NCBI GenBank assembly: GCA_008369845.1
Contig: MRSU01008539.1
Coordinates: forward strand, 1-59,625
Reading direction: 5' to 3'
Length of the DNA: 59,625 nucleotides
Source of the DNA: Trichomonas gallinae
Taxonomy: Eukaryota
Below are positions 1-10,296 of this stretch, one piece after another; positions within the stretch are counted from its first letter, which is position 1; every line of letters starts with the position of its first letter. The notes beneath the pieces are model-generated. The model ran no database searches, had not been told where the DNA came from, and saw only the letters and a list, made by a program, of their open reading frames with translations. The position numbers were made by a program, and so were the translations under genes.

Positions 1-162
1 TCATAGATCATATTCTAAATTTTGATACTCTCAAAAGTCTATCGTCCCCCTTCGGCTCATTTTTTGTCTCCACTATATTTAATTTGAAACAAAAATAGAT
101 GATTGATTTATTAAAGAAATAAATATTTATCTATATATATATATAAATTAATAAGTAAGTTA

Positions 163-2097
163 TTATTTCTGTTTTTGTGCAGCTTCTATTTCATCAATTA
201 ACTCCCAAATTTCTTCCTGTGTCATGATGCATGTTGTCGGCTTTGGAACATCCTTCTTGTTCTGTTCGTTGATGTACAACTCTCTGAGGTAAGCTCTGAT
301 GATTTTAGCGCTGTTTGTCTTCGGCAGCATCTTGACAAAAACGACTTTCTGCGGCCTGCCGATAGCACCGAAGTTCTGTGTAACTGTGGATGCGACTTTA
401 GCGATCATGGCGTCAGATCTATCCTTAGAGATAACGAAAGCGATGATCGCCTGTGTTGTCTTCTTCGATGGAACGCCAATGACTGCCACATCGTCAACGC
501 CGTCAACCTTCATGATTGCTTCCTCGACTTCAGCGGGTCCGACTCTGTGTCCGTTCACGCAGAGCTGGTCATCGATTCTGCCTGTGATCTTGATGTTTCC
601 GTCAGTATCGATTTGCGCTGTGTCACCTGTCGAGAAGAACTCAGTGCCAGGCATTACGTATCTATCCTTGAACGACTTGGCAGACTTGAACGCAGCGTTC
701 GCGAGGCCTGGCCATGGAGTGGCAATGCAAAGAATTCCGTTGTGTGTAGTAGTCGGATTTCTAGTTGTCGTGATGACCTGGCCGTTTGGCTCAACTAAAG
801 CGATCTCTGTGCCGAACAGCGGGCGTCCGACTATGCCAGGAGGATGATTCTGGATGCCCGGAACTGATGTTGCGATGATTGAGCCCAATTCTGTCTGCCA
901 GTATGTGTCGACGAGCCAGCATTTGTTCTGGCCGATGACTGTCCTGAGATATATGCATGTGTCTTCGTCGAGAGTTTCGCCGACTGAGCCGATAACTCTG
1001 AGAGAAGAAATGTCGAAATCTTTGACTTGGTCGACGGACTGAATTGTGGCGGCAATGGCGCGAGCGGCTGATGGGGACGTGTAGAAGTGAGTGAGCTTGA
1101 GTTTCTCGATGAGTTGCCATGAGCGTTTGCTGTCCGGCCAAAGAGGAAGGCCTCCGAAGATCAAAGTTGTCGAGCCGTTGAGGAGTGGGCCGTAGCAGAC
1201 GTACGAGTGTCCTGTGATCCATCCGATATCTGATGTGCAGCCGAAAACTGTCTTATCGTCAGTATCGAAAACATATTTATATGTAAGAGCTGTGGCAACA
1301 GTGTAACCTCCTACTCTGTGGATGATGCCCTTTGGCTCGCCGGTTGATCCGGATGTGTAGAGAATGAAAAGAGGGTCTGAGCCATCCATAATTTCGCATG
1401 GGCATTGATCGCTGGCTTGCGACATCAATTCCTGATAGGAATGAACTTCGTATGGGAGTTGATCCTTTGGTTTCTCTGTTAAACCAACAAAAATAGCATG
1501 TTTAATATTTGGACACTGTTTGAGAGCGTTGAATAATGTATTCTTCATTGGAATGTACTTTGATGCACGCTTATATGATTCTGCGCTGATAACTACTGTC
1601 GCTTCAGAATTATTAATGCGATAACTGAGTGCATCGCCAGAAAAGGCTCCGAAAATGACTGTGTGAATAGCGCCAATTCTAACGCAAGCGAGCATCGAAA
1701 CGATTGCCTCCATAGAAACAGGTAAATAGATTGCAACATGTGAACCTTTTGTAACACCCTGCGCTTTCAAGATATTTGCCATCTTTGAGACATTCTGTAA
1801 GAGCTCACCATAAGTCATCTGGGCAGATGCATCAAGGTCATTACCTTCATATAATAAAGCGACTTTGTTTGGATTTGCAATAGCATGTCTGTCGACAGCA
1901 TTGTAGCACGTGTTAATCTTGCCACCTTCAAACCAGCAAGACTTCTCATCTCCAATTTTTCCTATAACATTCTTGAAATCAGCCGACTCCCATTTCAGAA
2001 TGGACTGGGCTGTTTCTGACCAGAACTTTGTCGGGTTTTCTATCGCTTCCTTCTCCATTTTCTTGTATTGTTCAGCATTAATTGGTTTGTAATCCAT
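163..2097 (-). CDS. acs: AMP-forming acetyl-CoA synthetase / acyl-CoA ligase (ANL superfamily)
   Basis: 644 aa ORF with AMP-binding signature ILYTSGSTGEPKG, plus DIGWITGHSY, DTYWQTE, TGD, GRIDD and C-terminal LPKTNSAKIIR (cf. PKTRSGKIMR); N-terminal WFEGGKINTCYNAVDRH. Confidence 0.9.
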   Translation of the reverse strand: MDYKPINAEQYKKMEKEAIENPTKFWSETAQSILKWESADFKNVIGKIGDEKSCWFEGGKINTCYNAVDRHAIANPNKVALLYEGNDLDASAQMTYGELLQNVSKMANILKAQGVTKGSHVAIYLPVSMEAIVSMLACVRIGAIHTVIFGAFSGDALSYRINNSEATVVISAESYKRASKYIPMKNTLFNALKQCPNIKHAIFVGLTEKPKDQLPYEVHSYQELMSQASDQCPCEIMDGSDPLFILYTSGSTGEPKGIIHRVGGYTVATALTYKYVFDTDDKTVFGCTSDIGWITGHSYVCYGPLLNGSTTLIFGGLPLWPDSKRSWQLIEKLKLTHFYTSPSAARAIAATIQSVDQVKDFDISSLRVIGSVGETLDEDTCIYLRTVIGQNKCWLVDTYWQTELGSIIATSVPGIQNHPPGIVGRPLFGTEIALVEPNGQVITTTRNPTTTHNGILCIATPWPGLANAAFKSAKSFKDRYVMPGTEFFSTGDTAQIDTDGNIKITGRIDDQLCVNGHRVGPAEVEEAIMKVDGVDDVAVIGVPSKKTTQAIIAFVISKDRSDAMIAKVASTVTQNFGAIGRPQKVVFVKMLPKTNSAKIIRAYLRELYINEQNKKDVPKPTTCIMTQEEIWELIDEIEAAQKQK

Positions 2098-2151
2098 TAC
2101 TTTGAATAAATAAATGAAATTTGTCAGTAAACAACTTATTGTAAAGCAATT

Positions 2152-2318
2152 TTGTCAAAAAATCTATTTTTCAGTAAAAATCGGGTCATTACGTGTCAAA
2201 AATGTTTGATCAAAAAAATTCGATTCATTACATGTCAAAAAATTATTTTTCCAGCAAAATTTCGATTCGCCTCATGTCAAAAATGTTTGATCAATAAAAT
2301 ACAAATATGCCATGTCAA
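2152..2318. repeat. Alternating ~40-bp tandem repeat (A-B-A-B) built on the TTACRTGTCA motif
   Basis: Units begin TGTCAAAAA; tgtcaaaaatgtttgatcaa occurs twice; motif copies ATTACGTGTCA 2188 and ATTACATGTCA 2227. Confidence 0.75.
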
Positions 2319-2705
2319 TTGCCATCAGAGAGAAATTTGTATACGCAAACATCTTCACTAAAGTAGCAGCAGATAACAAACAAGACTTGATTCGTTTTTT
2401 GATCAAAATTGTCATTGACATTAACCTAAAAGACAATAACAAAGATACAGCTTTGATTTTAACTTCATTAAGAGGTCAAGCTCCTACTCACGGTTCCCTG
2501 AATAGATGTAAATTCAAAAACTAGTTACAACAAAACAGCTTATATTTGTGCTTCATATTTTGGTCATCATGAAGTTGTAAAGTTCCTTCTCACAGTTCCT
2601 GGAATAGATGACAACTCAAAAGAAAATGACAACAAAATAGCTTTGAGTTATGCTTCAAAAAAAGGTTATCATGAAATTGTAAAAATGTTGGAAACTCATG
2701 ACTAA
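2312..2705 (+). pseudogene. Ankyrin-repeat pseudogene
   Basis: Frame 1 reads ...DINLKDNNKDTALILTSLRG; after a frameshift it reads KLLLTVP*IDVNSKTSYNKTAYICASYFGHHEVVKFLLTVPGIDDNSKENDNKIALSYASKKGYHEIVKMLETHD*: ankyrin consensus with one frameshift and one in-frame TGA. Confidence 0.85.
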
Positions 2706-2866
2706 ATTTAAATAATTTCTGGAACAATGTAAAATTATCGAAAAACATCATGTTGGAATAGGAATATGAAATGGGACTTCAGAATTAGTATCATTTTGTT
2801 ATTATAAACATTATCAAGATACAGCATAGAAGACAATAATTTTTAGTGCATTCAAAAAATAATATT

Positions 2867-3814
2867 TTAGAAATCTTGGAATTCTTCATCATCGTCATTC
2901 TTCATTTCGAAGTCATCATCCTCTTCGAAATCGTCTAATGTCTTCTTCTTTGGAGCTTCCTCTTCTTCATCTTCATCATCATCTTCTTCATCACCCTTCT
3001 TTGATGGCTTAACATTGTCATCCTCGTCGTCCTCGAAGTATGGATCATCATCCACTGGGTCATCGAGATCAGGAAGAGGCTTTGGAGTTGGTGTTGGCGT
3101 TGCGATAGTAAGAGCGCATTTTTGGTCCTTCAAGAACTGAACAATGGACTCCTTGTCCTCATTGCCTGTATATTCTGTCCACTTTCCTCCCTTTACAAAG
3201 AATCCGGAATATTCTTTTCCGCCGAGCTTCTTGTTGATGTCAACAGATTCCTCTATGCTGACAGCATAAAATTTGGCACCGCGTCTGACTGCTGCTTCAG
3301 CCAAACGAGATGCATTATGTAATTTTTGGGAAGCTGAGTCCATTGGCTTGTCTACAATAACGAAATTACAAAGTGGCTTGCGTGTTATGTTTAATAATTC
3401 CTTCGGTGCGAGATAAAGCAAGTTATTTGCGTTGGATGTTGGACGAATTCCAGATCCTTGGCGAATGAACTTAACAAAGCTGTCGATATCGTAGTTTCTG
3501 TTGTATCTCTTCGCGTGTGACTGTGATTTGAAGTAAACAAACCATGCTGGATAATCTCGAACAGCAGAAGATTCGCAAACATCAGTAGCACGGTCGCAAT
3601 CGAGCTGGCCGAATATAACCCTTTCCTCGCGAGAATACATTCTGCTGACTTCTTCGAACATTTGCTCAACATCATCACATGCTGGGCAATTCTTCTGATA
3701 GAAATGGATGACTCTGATGGCATCCTCGACACCTGTGAATGAGAAATATGAGTCTTTCAGTAGATTTCTCACTGTTGGGGCATTGATGATACCGAGAATA
3801 GTAAACAATATCAT
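2867..3814 (-). CDS. Thioredoxin-fold / PDI-like secretory protein with acidic C-terminal tail
   Basis: CPAC (CxxC) in FYQKNCPAC, then IFGQLDCD...VRDYPAW; signal-like MILFTILGIINA from ATG 3814 (alternative ATG 3862); D/E-rich tail. Confidence 0.8.
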   Translation of the reverse strand: MILFTILGIINAPTVRNLLKDSYFSFTGVEDAIRVIHFYQKNCPACDDVEQMFEEVSRMYSREERVIFGQLDCDRATDVCESSAVRDYPAWFVYFKSQSHAKRYNRNYDIDSFVKFIRQGSGIRPTSNANNLLYLAPKELLNITRKPLCNFVIVDKPMDSASQKLHNASRLAEAAVRRGAKFYAVSIEESVDINKKLGGKEYSGFFVKGGKWTEYTGNEDKESIVQFLKDQKCALTIATPTPTPKPLPDLDDPVDDDPYFEDDEDDNVKPSKKGDEEDDDEDEEEEAPKKKTLDDFEEDDDFEMKNDDDEEFQDF

Positions 3815-4327
3815 TATTTGGTTTGGCAGTTTTTTGGTGTCAGCCCCTTTTTTATTTTTCATTTCACATCATATTTCATATATAAGCTATAAATTTATCA
3901 AAATTCACATATATAGTCATTCTTATTATATCAATTGGGAGCTAACTGTCTATATAGCACAAATATTAATTTGATTTTTTCAAAATTTAATTCAATATTA
4001 ATGATTTTATTGCAAAATGTGGATATATTTCCAATAAAATTTCTATAAAGAATATGTAGCTATGATATATTATGTATTCAGAGATATTTTAAAAAAATTG
4101 AGGAAATTTATGTTAAAATTTATAATTTCATTTATTTGAACTAGTTTATTCAATTGATTAAACTAATTTTAACTTAAAATCATGTTTACAGCTTCTAAAC
4201 ACAATATTGTTTTGTGAATTCAAAAATTTCAACAACCACATATAGTAACAATGATATCACTTTAATATAAGCATCATTTCTTCATATTATAACTTTATAG
4301 TATTCTATATCACCATGTTTATTATAT

Positions 4328-4567
4328 TTATCAGTTTCAAATTTAAAAAATTATGAATTACTAACTTATTGCCATATATCCACTAAAATATACGTGTAAT
4401 ACCTCAATATTTCATTATTATAAAACAGGATTCTTTCAAATCTCTATTTATCAGTGAAATATATTAAAAATTATAAATTACTAAATTATAGTCTCAGATC
4501 CAGTAAAATATATAAGGAAATCATCAATATTTCATTATAATAAAACAAAAGGCTTCCAAATCCATAT
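4328..4567. repeat. Degenerate 120-bp tandem duplication
   Basis: aaaaattat(g/a)aattactaa and tcaatatttcatta(t/a)..taaaaca each recur exactly 120 bp apart. Confidence 0.7.
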
Positions 4568-4742
4568 TTTTCATTAAGAATTAATCTAAATAATGCTTAT
4601 TTTTGATATTTGATGTTAGAAATATAATATAATTATAGAAATGTATCTAAAAAACATAAAAAAAAGAAAAAAGTCAGTTTAACATTTAAAAAGTGACATC
4701 GAACAAAAAAAAATCTAAAAAAAAAACGTTATAAACTAAAAG

Positions 4743-7700
4743 ATGTCGAATGCAGTGAGCACTCTTTCATGCCGCAACGTCTTTGGTTTAAACAAACAGT
4801 GCACACCAAACGTTCTTTTCGTTGGTGATGAATTCATCGTCTTTTCTGCAGGAAATACGATTGTTTCTCATAATATAAATTCGCGCCAGCAGAGAATATT
4901 CGTTCCAACTGAAGATGATCCATCCGGCGTGTCAGCTATAGCCTACGCAGAGGGAAAGCCCAATGTAGCTTTCGGAAATAGCGACATTTCTCCTGGAGTT
5001 TGCATCTTCGATATTCATTCTCAGCATCCTTTGAACTTCTTACACCTCAGTGACGATTTTAACTCGCAGGGAGGCTTCATATCTCTGTCTTTCAGCAATG
5101 ATGGCCATTATCTTCTCGGCCACGGAAAAGCACCAGGCTGGAATCTCGTTGTTTGGTCATTAGAGTCAAACCAGAGGGTTGACATGGTCAAGACAGCTGA
5201 AAAGGAAACACCAGTCACGATGTGTACGTTCTCTCCAGGCAAGAATCCGCAAATCGCAGTAACAGGAAATAACATTCTCAAAATCTACAAGCTAGAACAA
5301 GGCAAGCTACGCGAAGTAGTCATTCCAAATCCAAAAATCGGAAATATTATGTGCCATTTGTGGCTAAATGAAACAACTCTCCTTTGCGCTAACTCATCTG
5401 GCGATATTATCAACGTAACAACAGATCCACAGCAATCAGTCATCGAGTCATGCGATCACAGAGACTCTCCGTTCGTCACAATGGCGAGATATAAGAAAGG
5501 CTTCCTTGCTGCTTCGGAAGGCGGCTATTTAACTAAGTTCGATCAGTCAACGACAACACCGGGAAAGTATGTACAAGTAGAGCAGGTTAAACTCTTCGGA
5601 GATGAGCTTCCAATTTCAGCTCACACGATTGCAGTTGATCCATCAGAAGAAAACTGCGTTGTATCGCTCAGAAATAACAGAATCGTCACTGTTTCACTTT
5701 CAAATGGTGATATTATCTTAAATCCAGAAGAAAAACCACTAATTATGCCTTTCCACGATGGCCCGATCTTTTCATGCAGTACATGCTGCAGGAAACCACT
5801 CATTGCAACATGCGGTGCTGATAAGACTGTTCGTGTCTGGAATTATCTCGATAATTCTCTCGAAATTTGCAAAGAATTCACAGAATCTGTTTATTGCGTT
5901 TCTTTCCATCCAGACGGCCTCTCCATGCTCATTGGACTTGGCGATAAGCTCGGACTTTTCGGAGTTTTCTATGATGACCTTAGAAAATATCGTGATTTCC
6001 CAATTCGTGGCTGCCGCTGCGCCAAATTCTCAAATGGTGGTCAGCTGTTTGCGGCTGTCAACCTTTCGAAGATTCAGATCTACTCTACACTTACATTCCA
6101 GTTAATCAACACTTTACACAAGCACAGCACGATCGTAAACAACCTAATCTGGGGCGAAGCCGACACAATCATCGCATCCGTTGGTGCTGACGGTGCCATG
6201 TACGTACACCGTCAAGAATCATCATCTTCAAAATCAGAAGAGAACTATACGACATCAGGTATCCAATATTCCGCCATCACTGCTTCCCCTGACTTCACAT
6301 CCATCTACATTTCAGGTACAGACTGCATGATCAAAGAAATCCAAAACGGATCTGTTGTTAGAACTAAGAATTACCCGCAATGCGAGAACTCCCCACACCA
6401 GCAGAAGGCCCTCGTTATGAGTAACAATGGCCAGATGTTCTTCTCAGGTTCTAAGGACGGAAAAGTCACTTCATTTTCTCTTCCGATTAATGACGAGAAA
6501 AGTGAGATCTGCTGCCACACAGGCGAAATCAATTCCATGGCAATTTCGTTTGATGACTCTTTGCTGTTCTCTGTAGGTGATGACGGCGTTTTGAGCATCT
6601 TCACAATTCACGACAAGGATAATCGCGTCCACACATTAGAGCGAACATTCTTCAGCGACGAAGTTTTGACGACTAAAGCTGAAATCGAAGAAAAGGCCGG
6701 CCAGCTTAGAACCAGCGAGGCAGAGCTCGCTGACCTCGACGTCAACTTCAAGATGAAGAAGGATATGGCTGAGAGCACGAACAAGCAGAATGTCCAGGCT
6801 GAGAACGAGCGCATCAAGAAGGCGAAGGAGAAATGGAGAATCAACAACGAAAACATGAAGAAGAAGAAGGATGAAACAGACATGATGAACAAGGCCGAAG
6901 ACAAGAGAATCAACAAAGAGTGGAACGACAGAATCGCGGCGAAGGACGACTACTACATGCAGGAAATCTTGAAGATGCACAAAGAGTGCGAAAACCTCGC
7001 GAACCAGAAGAAGGAGATAGAAACACAAGGCAAGAACAACCTCGCAGGCGAAGAGGCGAACTTCAAGCGCATCATGGAGAACATGCAGGGCCTCCAGCGC
7101 TCGAAGCTAGAAGAGGCTCAGGTCGCCTTGGAGACAGCGAAGGAAGAGAAGAGGGCTGAAGAGCAGTACATTGAGGAAATGAAGAAGGAAATCTTGGAGG
7201 AAAACAAAACAGCGATCAAAGATACAGAAACAACATTAGACAAGACAAGAGAAGAGAACGAAAAGCACAGAAGTGATCTTCAGGATGAATGCCAGAGCCG
7301 CTCAAAGGACTTCAACTCATACCAGAAGCAGATGGAGCACCACACAGCGGAGCAGGAGAAGCTGAAGACATTAATGATGAAGCTCGAAGCTGAGCTTAAG
7401 AGCTTGAATGAAGAGAACAGACAGTTGGAGGCAGAAATCACACAGAGGAACCAGCAGATCAAGGAAAGAGAAACAAAGATCGGTGAAGTGAAGAAGGAGA
7501 ACCAGGAACTCGAGAAGTACCACGCTGTTTTGACCCACCAAGAAAACATGCTCCGCCAGCAGTCCACTCCTTTAGAGTCTTCCATCGCCGAAAAGGAGAA
7601 GAGGATCTCAGAGATGGACGCTGAGCTCGAGAACGCGCACAAAGACACGAGCGAGAAGAACGAGAGCATCGTCGAAATGCAGCAGAAACTCAAGAAGGTT

Positions 7701-8231
7701 ATAGAGAGCGAGAGAAAGCAGACGAAGCAATTAACATCAGCGCGCTCATACTTCGAGCAGGCTAAGCATGATTTGCACGAAGTCGTGCAGAAGTTCCACG
7801 CGAAGGACGTCTTGAAGACGATGTTCTTATCTTTCTACCAGAAGTACGTGCAGAACGAGAAGATCGAGGATATACAGCTGGACGAGGCAGTCGAGGAAGA
7901 GCACAAGAGGCAGACAGCGACACTCACGAAGCAGCTCCGCGAGCTCAGACAACAACAGATCAGAGATACACAGTTCCAGATCCGCGAGGAAGCAAAGGAC
8001 CTCCACACGAATGCTGCGCTCATCGAAGAGTTGCAAGCGCTTCGCCAGGAGAACAAGCAGCTCAACTCGTCTATGGCCCTCACGAAGAAGGCGACGGGAG
8101 CAGGTCAGAAAGGCCAGCAACAGATGCTTCCTGCGACAGAGGCTAACCGCCTCATCGAGGAGAACAAGAAGAAGATCGCGGCGCTTGAACTTCAGCTTAA
8201 GCAGTACAATGACCCACGTCCATCTACATAA
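4743..8231 (+). CDS. CFAP57: WD40 + coiled-coil flagellar protein, CFAP57/WDR65-like
   Basis: 1162 aa; N-terminal WD40 propellers (FHDGPIFSCSTCCRKPLIATCGADKTVRVWNY, FPIRGCRCAKFSNGGQLFAA) and long C-terminal coiled coil (KKENQELEKY). Confidence 0.85.
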   Translation: MSNAVSTLSCRNVFGLNKQCTPNVLFVGDEFIVFSAGNTIVSHNINSRQQRIFVPTEDDPSGVSAIAYAEGKPNVAFGNSDISPGVCIFDIHSQHPLNFLHLSDDFNSQGGFISLSFSNDGHYLLGHGKAPGWNLVVWSLESNQRVDMVKTAEKETPVTMCTFSPGKNPQIAVTGNNILKIYKLEQGKLREVVIPNPKIGNIMCHLWLNETTLLCANSSGDIINVTTDPQQSVIESCDHRDSPFVTMARYKKGFLAASEGGYLTKFDQSTTTPGKYVQVEQVKLFGDELPISAHTIAVDPSEENCVVSLRNNRIVTVSLSNGDIILNPEEKPLIMPFHDGPIFSCSTCCRKPLIATCGADKTVRVWNYLDNSLEICKEFTESVYCVSFHPDGLSMLIGLGDKLGLFGVFYDDLRKYRDFPIRGCRCAKFSNGGQLFAAVNLSKIQIYSTLTFQLINTLHKHSTIVNNLIWGEADTIIASVGADGAMYVHRQESSSSKSEENYTTSGIQYSAITASPDFTSIYISGTDCMIKEIQNGSVVRTKNYPQCENSPHQQKALVMSNNGQMFFSGSKDGKVTSFSLPINDEKSEICCHTGEINSMAISFDDSLLFSVGDDGVLSIFTIHDKDNRVHTLERTFFSDEVLTTKAEIEEKAGQLRTSEAELADLDVNFKMKKDMAESTNKQNVQAENERIKKAKEKWRINNENMKKKKDETDMMNKAEDKRINKEWNDRIAAKDDYYMQEILKMHKECENLANQKKEIETQGKNNLAGEEANFKRIMENMQGLQRSKLEEAQVALETAKEEKRAEEQYIEEMKKEILEENKTAIKDTETTLDKTREENEKHRSDLQDECQSRSKDFNSYQKQMEHHTAEQEKLKTLMMKLEAELKSLNEENRQLEAEITQRNQQIKERETKIGEVKKENQELEKYHAVLTHQENMLRQQSTPLESSIAEKEKRISEMDAELENAHKDTSEKNESIVEMQQKLKKVIESERKQTKQLTSARSYFEQAKHDLHEVVQKFHAKDVLKTMFLSFYQKYVQNEKIEDIQLDEAVEEEHKRQTATLTKQLRELRQQQIRDTQFQIREEAKDLHTNAALIEELQALRQENKQLNSSMALTKKATGAGQKGQQQMLPATEANRLIEENKKKIAALELQLKQYNDPRPST

Positions 8232-8385
8232 TTCAGTGTTTTAATTTAAAAATTTATAATTAAATATTATTATTTCTTTATGGATCAAAATATACAATAT
8301 CAATCATCTGCATGGCATGTTTTTGAAAATAAAAATTTATTTTATTACCAAAAATAAAATTAGAAATATTATATTAATGAATGAT

Positions 8386-8560
8386 ATATGAGGATCTAAA
8401 TATATAATATTTATGTACTATATTATTTATATTTGAAATATCAATGTATTTTGTTGTAAATTCTAAAATTGGAAAAAATTAATTTCATTTTTCTTCTATG
8501 AGAATCTGAATATATCATGTTAATGAGCTATATTATTTATATTTGAAATATTAATGCATA
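8386..8560. repeat. ~110-bp-period direct duplication in AT-rich spacer
   Basis: ctatattatttatatttgaaatat occurs at ~8418 and ~8528; atgag(g/a)atct(a/g)aatata at ~8388 and ~8498. Confidence 0.6.
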
Positions 8561-8667
8561 TTATTGAATAACTTATTTTAAATAAAAATATTAATTAATA
8601 AAATGCCATATAAGCGAATGAAATGTTGCTATATTCTTAAAATTAACTGATAAATTGAAGATTTTGA

Positions 8668-8674
8668 TCATTTT
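8668..8674 (+). promoter_or_regulatory. Initiator (Inr) element TCATTTT of Uba3-like gene
   Basis: Trichomonad Inr consensus beginning 13 nt before the TTG that opens the ORF. Confidence 0.55.
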
Positions 8675-8680
8675 ATTAAA

Positions 8681-9910
8681 TTGTTTCCAGAAGGAATATT
8701 AAAGCTTGCCGATAACCAGGGCTTATTTTGCAAAAGTGACTTACATGATGGATCTGATATATTAAAACGTATAGAAAACTGCAAAACACTTGTTATTGGA
8801 GCTGGTGGACTTGGATGCGAAGTTTTAAAATGCTTAGTCATGTATGGCTTCAAAAATATCGATATAATAGATATGGATACTATTGATATTTCGAACCTAA
8901 ATCGTCAATTTTTATTTAGAGAAAATGATATTGGAAAAAATAAAGCAGAAGTCGCAGCTGAATATGTGAAACAGCGTTTTTCCTGCAATGTTACACCACA
9001 CAATTGCAAAATACAAGATTTCGACGAAGAATTTTATTATCAATTTGATATTGTTATCGGCGGACTTGATAACGTTGAATCAAGGTTCTGGATCAATGAT
9101 TTGCTCGTAAGAATTGCTAAACAGTACGGAAAAGTCATTCCTTATATTGATGGAGGAACTGATCGATATCTAGGCCATTGCAAGTTCATTTTACCAACAG
9201 AAACAGCATGTCTATCATGTCATCCCGAATTCTTCGTTCCATTACAAGAATTTCAATTTTGTACAATTGCAAACAATCCAAGACAGCCAGAACATTGCAT
9301 TGCAATTGCCAAAGAGAAGTTTTGGCCTGAAAAATACCCGAAAATTCCATTTAACGCAGACAACGAAGAACATATTAATTGGATTTTCAACAAATCAACA
9401 GAATTTGGCGCAGAATTTAATATATCAGGTATAACTACCGAAATGGTTCGTGGTGTTGTTAAAAATATTGTTCCATCAATTGCTTCTACTCAAGCAATTA
9501 TCGCATCAATGTGTACAACAGAGGCGTTGAAATATATTACAGGTATTCGATCAAATTTACATAATTTTACAATTTGTGGCACTGATAGCATCTATGGAAT
9601 AGATTTAGAATATATGAAAATACCTGATTGCAGCTCATGCGGTTCTATTGTTATTAACATATCTCTAATAGAAAGAGAAACAGTCCAAGCGTTTATTAAC
9701 AGATTAGAAAAAGATTATAATTTTCCAAATGCAAGACTTACATATAACGATGCAAATGGTAAAGTTATACCAATATACTCACCAACAATTTATCGCAACA
9801 CGAAAAACAACCTAAACAAACAAATTTCGGAATTTGTTAAATCTGGAATGGAATTATTGGGTATAAATCCTCGAGATACATCCAAAACATATATTGTTAA
9901 TATTACCTAG
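8681..9910 (+). CDS. UBA3: Ubiquitin-like activating enzyme E1 catalytic subunit (Uba3/NEDD8-E1-like, ThiF family); TTG start
   Basis: VIGAGGLGCEVLK, IDMDTIDISNLNRQFLFR, GLDNVESR, catalytic FCTIANNPRQPEHCI, GVVKNIVPSIAST; no in-frame ATG before codon 54. Confidence 0.85.
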   Translation: MFPEGILKLADNQGLFCKSDLHDGSDILKRIENCKTLVIGAGGLGCEVLKCLVMYGFKNIDIIDMDTIDISNLNRQFLFRENDIGKNKAEVAAEYVKQRFSCNVTPHNCKIQDFDEEFYYQFDIVIGGLDNVESRFWINDLLVRIAKQYGKVIPYIDGGTDRYLGHCKFILPTETACLSCHPEFFVPLQEFQFCTIANNPRQPEHCIAIAKEKFWPEKYPKIPFNADNEEHINWIFNKSTEFGAEFNISGITTEMVRGVVKNIVPSIASTQAIIASMCTTEALKYITGIRSNLHNFTICGTDSIYGIDLEYMKIPDCSSCGSIVINISLIERETVQAFINRLEKDYNFPNARLTYNDANGKVIPIYSPTIYRNTKNNLNKQISEFVKSGMELLGINPRDTSKTYIVNIT

Positions 9911-10186
9911 ATTTAAAAAGCTGGAATTGATAGAATAACGCATTCATCACTGAAGCAAAGAATAAAGTCCATTAAACTCAGAGAAAATTCACTCCACAGC
10001 TAAAAAATGATATCTCGCTGAATATTTTTTCGCACTATCAGATTCAAAACAAAATTGTAATTTGATACAGTAACAATCCATGTTATTGTGCGCATTGAAA
10101 TGCTAATGCACTCAAATTAATATATGCCTTAAATATTATTACTTGAAATGATTTGTCTATTGCTTTTTTATTTTGTTAAAATCAGT

Positions 10187-10240
10187 TTTACATGTCATAT
10201 TATTTTTACACGACAGATTTTCAAATTACTTTACATGACA
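10187..10240. promoter_or_regulatory. Cluster of 3 TTTACAYGWCA motifs
   Basis: TTTACATGTCA 10187, TTTACACGACA 10205, TTTACATGACA 10230. Confidence 0.6.
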
Positions 10241-10296
10241 AAAAAATTAGAATTAAAAAATACAAACAAAATATATGTTTTAACAAAAAAAATATA

